Positions 1-7,550 of a stretch of DNA of 36,551 nucleotides are shown one piece after another (position 1 is the stretch's first letter; each line of letters opens with the position of its first letter). The stretch is from the IMG/VR virus record IMGVR_UViG_3300023313_000018, positions 1-36,551 of that record; one strand, 5' to 3'. This DNA is from a virus. The notes under the pieces are model-generated. The model did no database searches. It had not been told where the DNA came from and worked only from the letters and a program-made list of their open reading frames with translations. The position numbers were made by a program, and so were the translations under genes.

Positions 1-127
1 CCAGCGACCATAAGTCCAAACATAAAGTCATCAATCTCAGCTGCAAGTTCTTTAGAGCCATTTTTAACTGCCTCAGTGATTGCACTGATTTTAGACTGAA
101 TCTCAGCACGTTTAGAAACGGCCCAAG
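1..127. repeat. Terminal direct repeat, copy 1 (identical to 36425..36551); circular-assembly or terminal-redundancy overlap
   Basis: Read directly: bases 1-127 match 36425-36551 base for base. The repeat lies inside one continuous minus-strand reading frame. Confidence 0.95.
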
Positions 128-386
128 CAACACCACGTTGTCTATCAAGATTTAACTTCGCTGTAGAAACTGCAATAGTCTCTGGTAGCATAGCCGATCC
201 CTCTGTGATTGTATTAACAGTCATAGAATTGAATAGTGGGATGTCTAATCTGTCCATTCCGCTTTCAACGGGGTATTGTCTAACAACACCCATAGAAACT
301 GCCTCTTGGATTAATGTCTCAGTTACGATGTTAGAGACTCTTTTTTCAATTACTGCCTGTAAATTTACAGAACTTGTGTCAGCCAT
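1..386 (-). CDS. Major capsid protein, 5' part (continues across the window junction into 35983..36424)
   Basis: A minus-strand ATG at 386..384 has AAGGAAG 6 nt upstream. The frame runs off the left edge with no stop. Through the 127-bp overlap it is in phase with track ORF 35983..36447, giving one 828-nt gene (275 aa). It lies directly downstream of a scaffold-like gene. Called by position and size only. Confidence 0.7.
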   Translation of the reverse strand, partial: MADTSSVNLQAVIEKRVSNIVTETLIQEAVSMGVVRQYPVESGMDRLDIPLFNSMTVNTITEGSAMLPETIAVSTAKLNLDRQRGVAWAVSKRAEIQSKISAITEAVKNGSKELAAEIDDFMFGLMVA

Positions 387-414
387 TTTATACTTCCTTG
401 TTTTGGTTAATTAG

Positions 415-996
415 TTAATTAACAAATCCCAATAGGGCATCTGCCAGTTTTTCTTCCTCTGTTCTTAAGTCCTCGGTAGTATTATCTACTACTGGTCTTC
501 CTGACGCTTGACCTGATTTTTTATCCGTATCGAAAAGCCATGGTTTCAACTCCCTAACCTTATTTACAGCTTCATCCACACCATTTATTGACAAATTTTC
601 GTCATCAATTGAGATTAAATCTCGTGGGAGAGCGTTAATAATGTCAGTTACATCGTGAGCATCCTTAGCAGATGATGCTACTTTAAAGTTTAATTCCTTT
701 TGAAGTACCGTTTTCTTAGTTTCTTTCAATTGGGTTTCAAACTCTGATCTCTTATTCTTTTCGATCTCAAGTAGTTCTTTCCATTGCTCATTATCAGTAA
801 GTTGTTCCTTTTCTTTAGCCTCAACTTCTGATTTTAAACCTTGGTACTTACTCTTATTTGCTTTAGATTCCTCAAGCAATCTTGAATTAGTAGCCTCTAA
901 TTTCTCCATACGTTCCATTAACAACTTGACATCAATTTCTTGAGTAGTTGTATCAGTCTCATCTGTCTTTACGTCTTCCTTAGTCACTTCTGACAT
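415..996 (-). CDS. Scaffolding protein (putative)
   Basis: Track ORF 415..1041. The preferred start is ATG 996 (MSEVTKEDV...), preceded by AAGGAGTGAAC. The protein is highly charged, Glu/Lys-rich and coiled-coil-like, and sits immediately upstream of the capsid gene. Confidence 0.65.
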   Translation of the reverse strand: MSEVTKEDVKTDETDTTTQEIDVKLLMERMEKLEATNSRLLEESKANKSKYQGLKSEVEAKEKEQLTDNEQWKELLEIEKNKRSEFETQLKETKKTVLQKELNFKVASSAKDAHDVTDIINALPRDLISIDDENLSINGVDEAVNKVRELKPWLFDTDKKSGQASGRPVVDNTTEDLRTEEEKLADALLGFVN

Positions 997-1018
997 GTTC
1001 ACTCCTTGTGCGTTCGCA

Positions 1019-1477
1019 CTACTTAAATATTTGTTTGGCAATACGCTTCAAGGTTCCCTGCATACGTATCGTTATTGATCTACTAAATTCCTCACCCTGG
1101 TTAGTGGGTAGCATACGTCTAATAGTTTTAGATTTTCCTGCTCCTAGTCTATTATGTATATCTGCTTTGAAGTTGTCAAAACTAATTCTAATCCCATGGC
1201 CAACAACTTTGACTTTTAATGACTTCATTAAGTCGCCTTTTAAAAAGAGATTAACAGGGCGTACTCTTTTCCCTTCATGTTGCTTTGCTTTTATTTGCTT
1301 AATATAGGATTGACTATATTTTACTAGTCGTCCAAAACCTTTAACTGGTGATATCCCTCGAGCTATACTTCCCTCTATCTCTAAATTTAACTCTTTTGGT
1401 AGTTCTCTCTTTAACTCAACTTTTAGTCTTCTTAACTTTTTCTCAGCATCTTTAAAATCGATCTTAACTTTGGTCAC
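1019..1477 (-). CDS. Virion morphogenesis-like protein, paralog B (hypothetical)
   Basis: 152-aa ORF with a GTG start in a GTGA overlap with the upstream stop. It shares colinear motifs with the 190-aa neighbour: SPVxG, NLxLxGDxxxxL, KADxHN, GKSK, RxxxP, GxxFxRxI. Confidence 0.7.
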   Translation of the reverse strand: MTKVKIDFKDAEKKLRRLKVELKRELPKELNLEIEGSIARGISPVKGFGRLVKYSQSYIKQIKAKQHEGKRVRPVNLFLKGDLMKSLKVKVVGHGIRISFDNFKADIHNRLGAGKSKTIRRMLPTNQGEEFSRSITIRMQGTLKRIAKQIFK

Positions 1478-2046
1478 AATAAACCCTCAGATGTAAGAAA
1501 TGATTGTAGAAAATCGTTGCTAAATATATCGTTAAGGCTTATAGCTACACTTTTCGTTGATTGTTCTATCGTTGTAATTGATTGCTTCTTAACAGGTTGC
1601 TTGAACTTATTAACAATTGACGCAACACCGTTTTCAATGTCTCTATTAAACGTTTGTCCACTCTTTGGTATAAATTGCCTTGTGGGTAGTTTAGATTTGC
1701 CTGTAAAGTTATTATGTCCATCGGCTTTAGGCACCTCAGATTTTTTAAATATCCCTATCTCTATCCCTCTATCCGTATCTTTGAACGTTAGAGCGTCCAG
1801 CATGTCCCCCTCTAATTCTAGGTTAGCTGTTCTATTTCCCCCCTTCATGTTCTTTGCGTAGTCTTTATTTAAGACTGCTTTGTATTTTCCACCTGAGACG
1901 GGGGATTTTGCCGAGGATACTGATCTAAGTATCTCCTCTACAATAAAGTTACCGACTTCTTTCTTAACCGCTTTTCTCTTACTCAGAGGGACATCGTTAA
2001 GGTTGAGGCTTAGTTTCTTTGTTAATTTTGTCAGGTTTATGGCCAA
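1474..2046 (-). CDS. Virion morphogenesis-like protein, paralog A (hypothetical)
   Basis: 190-aa ORF with a TTG start preceded by AAGGGA, overlapping the portal 3' end. It is paralogous to 1019..1477. Confidence 0.65.
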   Translation of the reverse strand: MAINLTKLTKKLSLNLNDVPLSKRKAVKKEVGNFIVEEILRSVSSAKSPVSGGKYKAVLNKDYAKNMKGGNRTANLELEGDMLDALTFKDTDRGIEIGIFKKSEVPKADGHNNFTGKSKLPTRQFIPKSGQTFNRDIENGVASIVNKFKQPVKKQSITTIEQSTKSVAISLNDIFSNDFLQSFLTSEGLL

Positions 2047-3526
2047 AATTCATCCCTTGAATATTTGTAACATTTGAAGTCATTATCTCAGACGCTTTAG
2101 CTTTCGCATCTTCTTCTGATAGATTCGGATCAAGAACCATTAGTGCCTCAGCTTTTGTTATCAAGCCGAGTGACAATCTCTTTTCTACATTCGCTAGAAC
2201 CTCAGCATCACTGATCAACACTTTAGGTTTCTTGAATTTAATGTCTAAAGTATCAGTGTCACTGAAAACGCTGTTACCACGAAATGATTCCCACGCTTGA
2301 ATGATCTCGAATATCTCATACTCAGCATGTACATATAATTGTTGTTGGTTTTGCTCTATTATATCCTGTACAGATGAGTTAGCTATTGCAAGTTGTAGCC
2401 CACTACTAAAGTCTTGACCTTGGCTTCCTACTGCACTTGTATTTTTTAAACCGTGCTCATTCATAACTTGTTTAACGTAACTGAGTACAGCTTCTCTTTG
2501 ACCTGCTAAGTCTGGGGACGGGTTGATATACGTTGCGGTTGTAGGTTTATCGTCTGGGTTGTCAGATTGTGGTAACTTAAGTGCTGACAATAGTCCTGTA
2601 GTTATTTTCTTAAACATACCCTCATATTTCTCAGGGTAGCTAAAAACCATTTGTCCCACGCCCTGGATATTTGCAGCCGTGTAATATTCCGATGCGAGCA
2701 CGTTAGCTGTTATTGTCTGATCTAACAACGGGGAACGTGTAGGATAGTCAACGGCCATTTCCTGAGAGAGATATACGAATGGTATCTTTCCTATAAAGTT
2801 AAGCATTCTAGGATTCTCAGGTTGTGCTACAAAATCAACTGATCTCTTAATCTCAACACCACTAAGTGTAGCTACTTTTATACTTTGAACTTTGATAAGA
2901 ACATAGTTATCATTCGACCACATAGCATACACTTTTGACTGTGCCGATGAGTCAGCTTGTGACTCAGCTACTAAGTTGTCAATCCCATCACCTGTATGGG
3001 CACCCGATGTTACATCTAAATTTCCATAATTGAGAATAACAGCATCCAATTCACCTGTATCTTTGTCTCTAATGACAGAATACTCATAACCTTGTAACGC
3101 CATAAATTGATACTGTTCATCATCACCATCAATGTTGTTGATCCAAAGTAGTGAGTGCTTGTGTAAGTTTGTTATTGTATCTAAGAAGGGGAGTTGTCTC
3201 ATAGCACCCCCCTCTTTATATATCTCTTGTAACCTTGCAGTCTTTACATGGTCGCTTCCTTCAATAGTTCTTATAGGTTGTTCTTTATAAGACTTGGCTT
3301 TAGCATCTGTAATAACTTTTGAAAATGATATGTCTGACACTGTGTAACCTACATGAGATTTCGGCCTATTAGATACAATAACTTCCTGGACATAGGGTTT
3401 AACGTTTCCACTATACGCTTGCCAACTGTCAAAAGAGTGACGTTTTCTTAATCGATCCTCACTACCCTCTACATCTGAGATTATTTGATTTATAACTTTT
3501 AAGTCTGTTAAGTCTATACTGGACAT
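1997..3526 (-). CDS. Portal protein (putative)
   Basis: 509-aa ORF immediately downstream of the large terminase and upstream of the scaffold and capsid genes. AAGGAAATTCA precedes the ATG. Called by size and conserved gene order only. Confidence 0.7.
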   Translation of the reverse strand: MSSIDLTDLKVINQIISDVEGSEDRLRKRHSFDSWQAYSGNVKPYVQEVIVSNRPKSHVGYTVSDISFSKVITDAKAKSYKEQPIRTIEGSDHVKTARLQEIYKEGGAMRQLPFLDTITNLHKHSLLWINNIDGDDEQYQFMALQGYEYSVIRDKDTGELDAVILNYGNLDVTSGAHTGDGIDNLVAESQADSSAQSKVYAMWSNDNYVLIKVQSIKVATLSGVEIKRSVDFVAQPENPRMLNFIGKIPFVYLSQEMAVDYPTRSPLLDQTITANVLASEYYTAANIQGVGQMVFSYPEKYEGMFKKITTGLLSALKLPQSDNPDDKPTTATYINPSPDLAGQREAVLSYVKQVMNEHGLKNTSAVGSQGQDFSSGLQLAIANSSVQDIIEQNQQQLYVHAEYEIFEIIQAWESFRGNSVFSDTDTLDIKFKKPKVLISDAEVLANVEKRLSLGLITKAEALMVLDPNLSEEDAKAKASEIMTSNVTNIQGMNFGHKPDKINKETKPQP

Positions 3527-3535
3527 TGAATTTCC

Positions 3536-4801
3536 TTATTCTAATATAATCCCACGTGTCTTATATTTATCAGCTATTTTGTCTAAGTGCCAACACAAAT
3601 ATCCTAAAGCGTCACTAATATGTGTCAACATAGGGTCGGTTTTTTGGTCTAATTTATTATCTTTCCAACTTACACGTTCTAAGTCCCCAATCAGTTTCTT
3701 GCACTTAGGATTAATGATAATACGGTTAGACGTTAAAAGTCTATTAATGTTGTTAACCCTATCAGTAACAAATGGATTATAAACATAAGGTATCGTAAAG
3801 CCAGCCTCTTTAAGTATTTGGTGATCCGACTTGCCACTAGTCTTTCTATTCTTACCAGTACTATCGGGTATTACAGTTCCCTTGTAACCTCGTTTTTGTA
3901 GTTCATGCACCATTTTAAATGTGTCACTATTCTCGAGAAATAGCTCATCATGAATATAAAATGTTTCATTGAAATAGCTACACACTACAGCTGTCATAGG
4001 TTGGACGTTAAAATCCATTCCAACCCAAGTAGTTCCAGACATTGCAGGTGTGTCGCCAACATGTTTCTCCCGATCAAATGCGTAGTAGGCTTCACCATCA
4101 TTGCTGTCTAAAAACTCCCCCTCTAAAAACCTTTTACGTTCCGCTTCAGGCATTTTAGAAAGCATCTTTAAATAGTCTTCATCGATGTTATCTAAGTTAT
4201 CTTTGGGGTTCATCAACATAGAAGCGTATTCACCTGGGTCGTCTAATGGTTCTGACTCGATAGGGTCTAACTTCTTAATGAATAGCCAATATGACCAATG
4301 TTTCTTGTTAGGGGGGTTCTCATCATAGTATACTTTCTTAACAAGTTTATTCTTTTCAGCTAACCTTGTTAACGCTACTTGAACAGATGAATAGGATAAT
4401 TGGCTACACTCATTAAAGAATATAGTACTAAACTCTTTACCTAGTATCTTTTCAACACGTTTATCGTCGTCTAACCCTGCGATCCATATCTCGCTACCGT
4501 TAGGAAGTAGTACATAGTAATCAGATTTATTTAAATGGTAGATGAGATCGGGGAACGCTATCGCTAATACTTTTATCAGTGTATCAAGCCAGATAGATGT
4601 TTTAATACTATTGAACGTCTGTCTTAGCATAACGTGCCTAGACTTCACTTTACACGCTCTAATTATCATCGCAAATACTATGATAAAGGTCTTACCAGAT
4701 CGGGATCATGATCCCCCATAGAGCATGATGTGCTTAGCACTACTGCCCATGAGGGTAACCGCCTTATACTGAATCTTTGTTTTATTAAAGGTTTGAATCA
4801 T
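3536..4801 (-). CDS. terL: Terminase large subunit, interrupted by one in-frame TGA at 4708..4706 (codon 32)
   Basis: Track ORF 3536..4669 extends in the same frame upstream to ATG 4801 across a single TGA. The translation there is MIQTFNKTKIQYKAVTLMGSSAKHIMLYGGS*SRSGKTFIIVFAM. Supporting motifs are the P-loop RSGKT, a Walker B-like TIFFNEC, and nuclease-domain motifs VGMDFN, IPDSTG and HISDALGY. Confidence 0.8.
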
Positions 4802-5144
4802 GTTTGTCTATGTTTATTGCTATAGCTTTTACATCGATACTCTCTTCAACTTTATCCGCCCAATGTGCCATGTTCTTAAGTGCAAAGATTAACATAGTTC
4901 TATCGCCACCTAGTGCCATTTCGAGTGCTTTCTGTTGTAGCTTTCTTGCAACACCTTGTTGTCTTAACTTACCAAACTCCGAGTAAGTCATATTGTATTT
5001 TTCTTTTATTCTTTTTTCTAGTGTGTCTTCTGATACTTTAAAGTAATCAGATACGAATGCTTTAGTGAGTTTAAACTGCATTAATGCGTCTAAAGCTGCA
5101 TAGTCTATCTCTATTTTGTTACCGTGAACTTTAGCTTTTGTCAT
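4785..5144 (-). CDS. terS: Terminase small subunit (putative)
   Basis: 119-aa ORF directly upstream of terL and overlapping its start. It has a helix-turn-helix-like N-terminal half and a GGDRTMLIFALKNMAHW segment typical of small terminases. Confidence 0.65.
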   Translation of the reverse strand: MTKAKVHGNKIEIDYAALDALMQFKLTKAFVSDYFKVSEDTLEKRIKEKYNMTYSEFGKLRQQGVARKLQQKALEMALGGDRTMLIFALKNMAHWADKVEESIDVKAIAINIDKHDSNL

Positions 5145-6309
5145 TTTCCACCGCAGATTTTAGGTCATTATACAGTTCACCAGTAGATTCCAATGTAGCT
5201 TTCTTGCCTGTATAGTTTTGCCATCTGTTAACTATTACGTCTACAAATTTTACGTCAAACTCCATTACATAGCAGGGTATATCTTTTTTACATGCTGCTA
5301 TTAAAGTCGAACCAGAACCACCGAAGTAATCCGCTATTAGCTTTGGGTTAAGCTTAAATCTTTTACTTTCTAGAAACCAATCTATTAACTCAACGGGTTT
5401 TTGTGTTGGGTGTACTCTGTTTGCATTTGCAGATGATTTTTTAAACATTCTAACAACTGTTCTAAAATTCCCCCATGCTAGCTCACAATCTGTTTGGTCA
5501 CTCCCCCCATTGTTCTTATCCCAGACTATCCAATTTTCACTATCTGGTAATTCACTTGAGTAGTAATTTGCACCCCACCATATTTGCTTTGATGCGGGGT
5601 AGAGTCCTTGTATTAACTTGAAGCAATCCTTTGCAATATCAGGACTGTCGTCTCCTAATATATCCCCCCCATAATTTTTTGATAGTACCCCTGACTTACT
5701 TACAGCGTTCATGCCATAGGGTGGATCAGTATGTATAAAATCGGGTGTGAGTTTATTCATAAGCTTCTCAACGTCATCTATCATAGTGCTATCGCCACAC
5801 ATAACACGATGCTTCCCAAGTAACCAAACGTCACCCCGTTTAGTGATAGGGTTTTCAACTTCTGGAACTTCATCCTCATCAGTCTGAGGGTCTAATAATT
5901 CAACGTCTGGCAAGTTAAAATCCTCAATACCCAATAACTCAGTATCATCTATCTCTATTAATTTTAAATCCTCACCTAGCATCTCTAAGTCTAACTCAGC
6001 CCACCTGGCTATTTCGTTATCTGATATTAAATAGCTGTACTCTTGAGCTTCACTTTCAAAGTCTTGATATATTACAGGTAGTAACTCCATCCCTAACTTC
6101 TTAGCAGCCATTAATCTACCGTGGCCTACCACTAGAAACCCAGTCCGATTAGACACAATTAACGGATTTCTAAAACCTTGAAACTCTATTAATTTACATA
6201 ACCTAGTTATTTGAGCGTCTGAATGTTTGTTAGCATTTTTTGGATTTGGAACGATTTTATCTATTTCGACTAATTTTATTTCTCTAGATTTTACTATTGT
6301 CATATTCAT
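5131..6309 (-). CDS. ParB-like nuclease domain fused to a DNA N6-adenine/N4-cytosine methyltransferase
   Basis: The N-terminus carries ParB-N motifs (IVPNPKNANKH, VVGHGRLMAAKKLG). The C-terminal half has the catalytic motif IV TDPPYG followed by the AdoMet motif I FGGSGST, which is the beta-class order. Confidence 0.85.
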   Translation of the reverse strand: MNMTIVKSREIKLVEIDKIVPNPKNANKHSDAQITRLCKLIEFQGFRNPLIVSNRTGFLVVGHGRLMAAKKLGMELLPVIYQDFESEAQEYSYLISDNEIARWAELDLEMLGEDLKLIEIDDTELLGIEDFNLPDVELLDPQTDEDEVPEVENPITKRGDVWLLGKHRVMCGDSTMIDDVEKLMNKLTPDFIHTDPPYGMNAVSKSGVLSKNYGGDILGDDSPDIAKDCFKLIQGLYPASKQIWWGANYYSSELPDSENWIVWDKNNGGSDQTDCELAWGNFRTVVRMFKKSSANANRVHPTQKPVELIDWFLESKRFKLNPKLIADYFGGSGSTLIAACKKDIPCYVMEFDVKFVDVIVNRWQNYTGKKATLESTGELYNDLKSAVENDKS

Positions 6310-6458
6310 GACTCCTTATTGACTTCTCAATTGTATATAAAGAGTAGTCAATATACACTAATCAGTCAAGGAGATAGAATTTGGCGGTTTAATGCCACCT
6401 AAGACATTTTATTCTAACATTAGAATTTTAATACCCCTTGCAAATATCAATTATTGTT

Positions 6459-6674
6459 CTACCCTGACCCTGACCTTGACCCTGACCTTGACCCTGACCC
6501 TGTCCTTGACCCTGACCTTGACCCTGACCCTGACCATGACCCTGACCCTGACCCTGACCCTGACCATGACCCTGACCATGACCATGACCTTGGCCCTGAC
6601 CCTGACCATGACCATGACCCTGACCATGACCCTGACCCTGACCATGGGTACTTTTGCTTTTTACCCCGTATCAT
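6459..6674 (-). CDS. Possible repeat peptide (MIRGKKQKYPW followed by SG/SW/SR repeats), one of three competing readings of the array
   Basis: ATG 6674 overlaps the TGA of gene 6671..6940 (ATGA). The frame is open through the whole array and stops at its end. The array's sequence variation is non-synonymous in this frame, which weakens the call. Confidence 0.3.
   Translation of the reverse strand: MIRGKKQKYPWSGSGSWSGSWSWSGSGPRSWSWSGSWSGSGSGSGSWSGSGSRSGSRTGSGSRSGSRSGSG
6461..6646. repeat. Tandem hexanucleotide array, 31 units of ACCNTG (minus strand CANGGT)
   Basis: Counted directly: ACCCTG x17, ACCATG x8, ACCTTG x4, TCCTTG x1, GCCCTG x1. The units are contiguous with no spacers. Confidence 0.97.
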
Positions 6675-6940
6675 TTTTTTAATTCTCCAAACGACTCGAT
6701 ACAATTCATAGTAATATAAAACTCATCAACGCAAAGAGATTGAATATCTTTAAATTCCTTATCTGAAAACTTCCCAGTTTCATAAACGATACTAGGGTTC
6801 TTAATAAGAACGCATTTGTCATTTACACCAATTAGCTCTCCGGTATAAATCCAATTTAAACAGAAAAATGTTACGTTTTTACCCAGTAGTTTAATTAATC
6901 CCTCTTCTTTTACCTCAGTTACATGTACAAGTTTTTTCAT
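6671..6940 (-). CDS. Hypothetical protein (89 aa) ending in an A7 run plus TGA
   Basis: Track ORF with AAGGATAAATT before the ATG. It ends ...GAA TTA AAA AAA TGA. Confidence 0.7.
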   Translation of the reverse strand: MKKLVHVTEVKEEGLIKLLGKNVTFFCLNWIYTGELIGVNDKCVLIKNPSIVYETGKFSDKEFKDIQSLCVDEFYITMNCIESFGELKK

Positions 6941-6993
6941 AATTTATCCTTAATTCTGTTCTATAATGCCGTTAGTGGCATGTTAGTTGAATG

Positions 6994-7158
6994 TTAGTTA
7001 TTGTTATTGAAGTAGTCTCTGGCACGTTTTATATGGTCATACATATCCATATCCTCTGTATTTGTTACGCTATCAAAATCAAAAATAAAGCACCTTATAA
7101 CTTCTTCGGCCTTAGATAATTTACTCTTGAGCTTATCAATTTCTAAATCGTCCATCAT
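6994..7158 (-). CDS. Hypothetical small protein (54 aa, MMDDLEIDKLKSKL...)
   Basis: Not in the track because it is under 60 aa. Its ATG overlaps the TGA of 7155..7550 (ATGA). I translated it by hand to a TAA at 6994, and it fills an otherwise empty gap. Confidence 0.5.
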   Translation of the reverse strand: MMDDLEIDKLKSKLSKAEEVIRCFIFDFDSVTNTEDMDMYDHIKRARDYFNNNN

Positions 7159-7550
7159 TTTGTTTTCTCCAATTCAAGAATTGCTTTTGCGGTTGAGTGT
7201 GCAGCGGCTTGTTGGATTGTGGGTTTGTCTAGTGACTCGTAAAAATAAAACGGGTAAAATGGACTATATTCCTCTATTGGCTTATCCGAGAATAGTGCAA
7301 AATGATTATAGCTCCTATTGCCAATAACATTTAACCAGACACCACTATTTCTCAACTTCTCCCAAACTGGTATAAGCGCATCTAGTGACTTAGTAAAAAG
7401 TTTTGGTAAACTACCCCCTTGACCAAAGCAAAAACCATCGTCGCCCACAAACTCCGCTATAATCTTATTTATTTTTATATCGTCCATCTTATTATCTCCA
7501 TCACTACTCCCAAACTCCTCCAAAAGTATACTGCATCTTAATTCATCCAT
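7155..7550 (-). CDS. Hypothetical protein, possibly a phage ABA-sandwich-like domain
   Basis: 131-aa ORF. The segment TKSLDALIPVWEKL resembles the conserved core I recall for that phage domain family. This is a weak call. Confidence 0.6.
   Translation of the reverse strand: MDELRCSILLEEFGSSDGDNKMDDIKINKIIAEFVGDDGFCFGQGGSLPKLFTKSLDALIPVWEKLRNSGVWLNVIGNRSYNHFALFSDKPIEEYSPFYPFYFYESLDKPTIQQAAAHSTAKAILELEKTK

Noticed and set aside
205-414. Plus-strand 69-aa ORF
   Set aside because: It lies antisense within the 5' part of the capsid gene. That gene has a clear SD and is continuous across the 127-bp overlap.
6461-6646. CRISPR array
   Set aside because: The units are 6 nt and contiguous, with no unique spacers between them, and no cas genes are present.
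6392-6711. Plus-strand ORFs over the array (TLTLTL... at 6392..6682, PDPDLD... at 6454..6711) and the minus-strand MVRVRV... ORF at 6451..6645
   Set aside because: These ORFs are open only because a 6-nt repeat lacking stop triplets is open in most frames. The plus-strand ones run antisense to the whole operon and lack an SD. The array's variation is non-synonymous in all of them.
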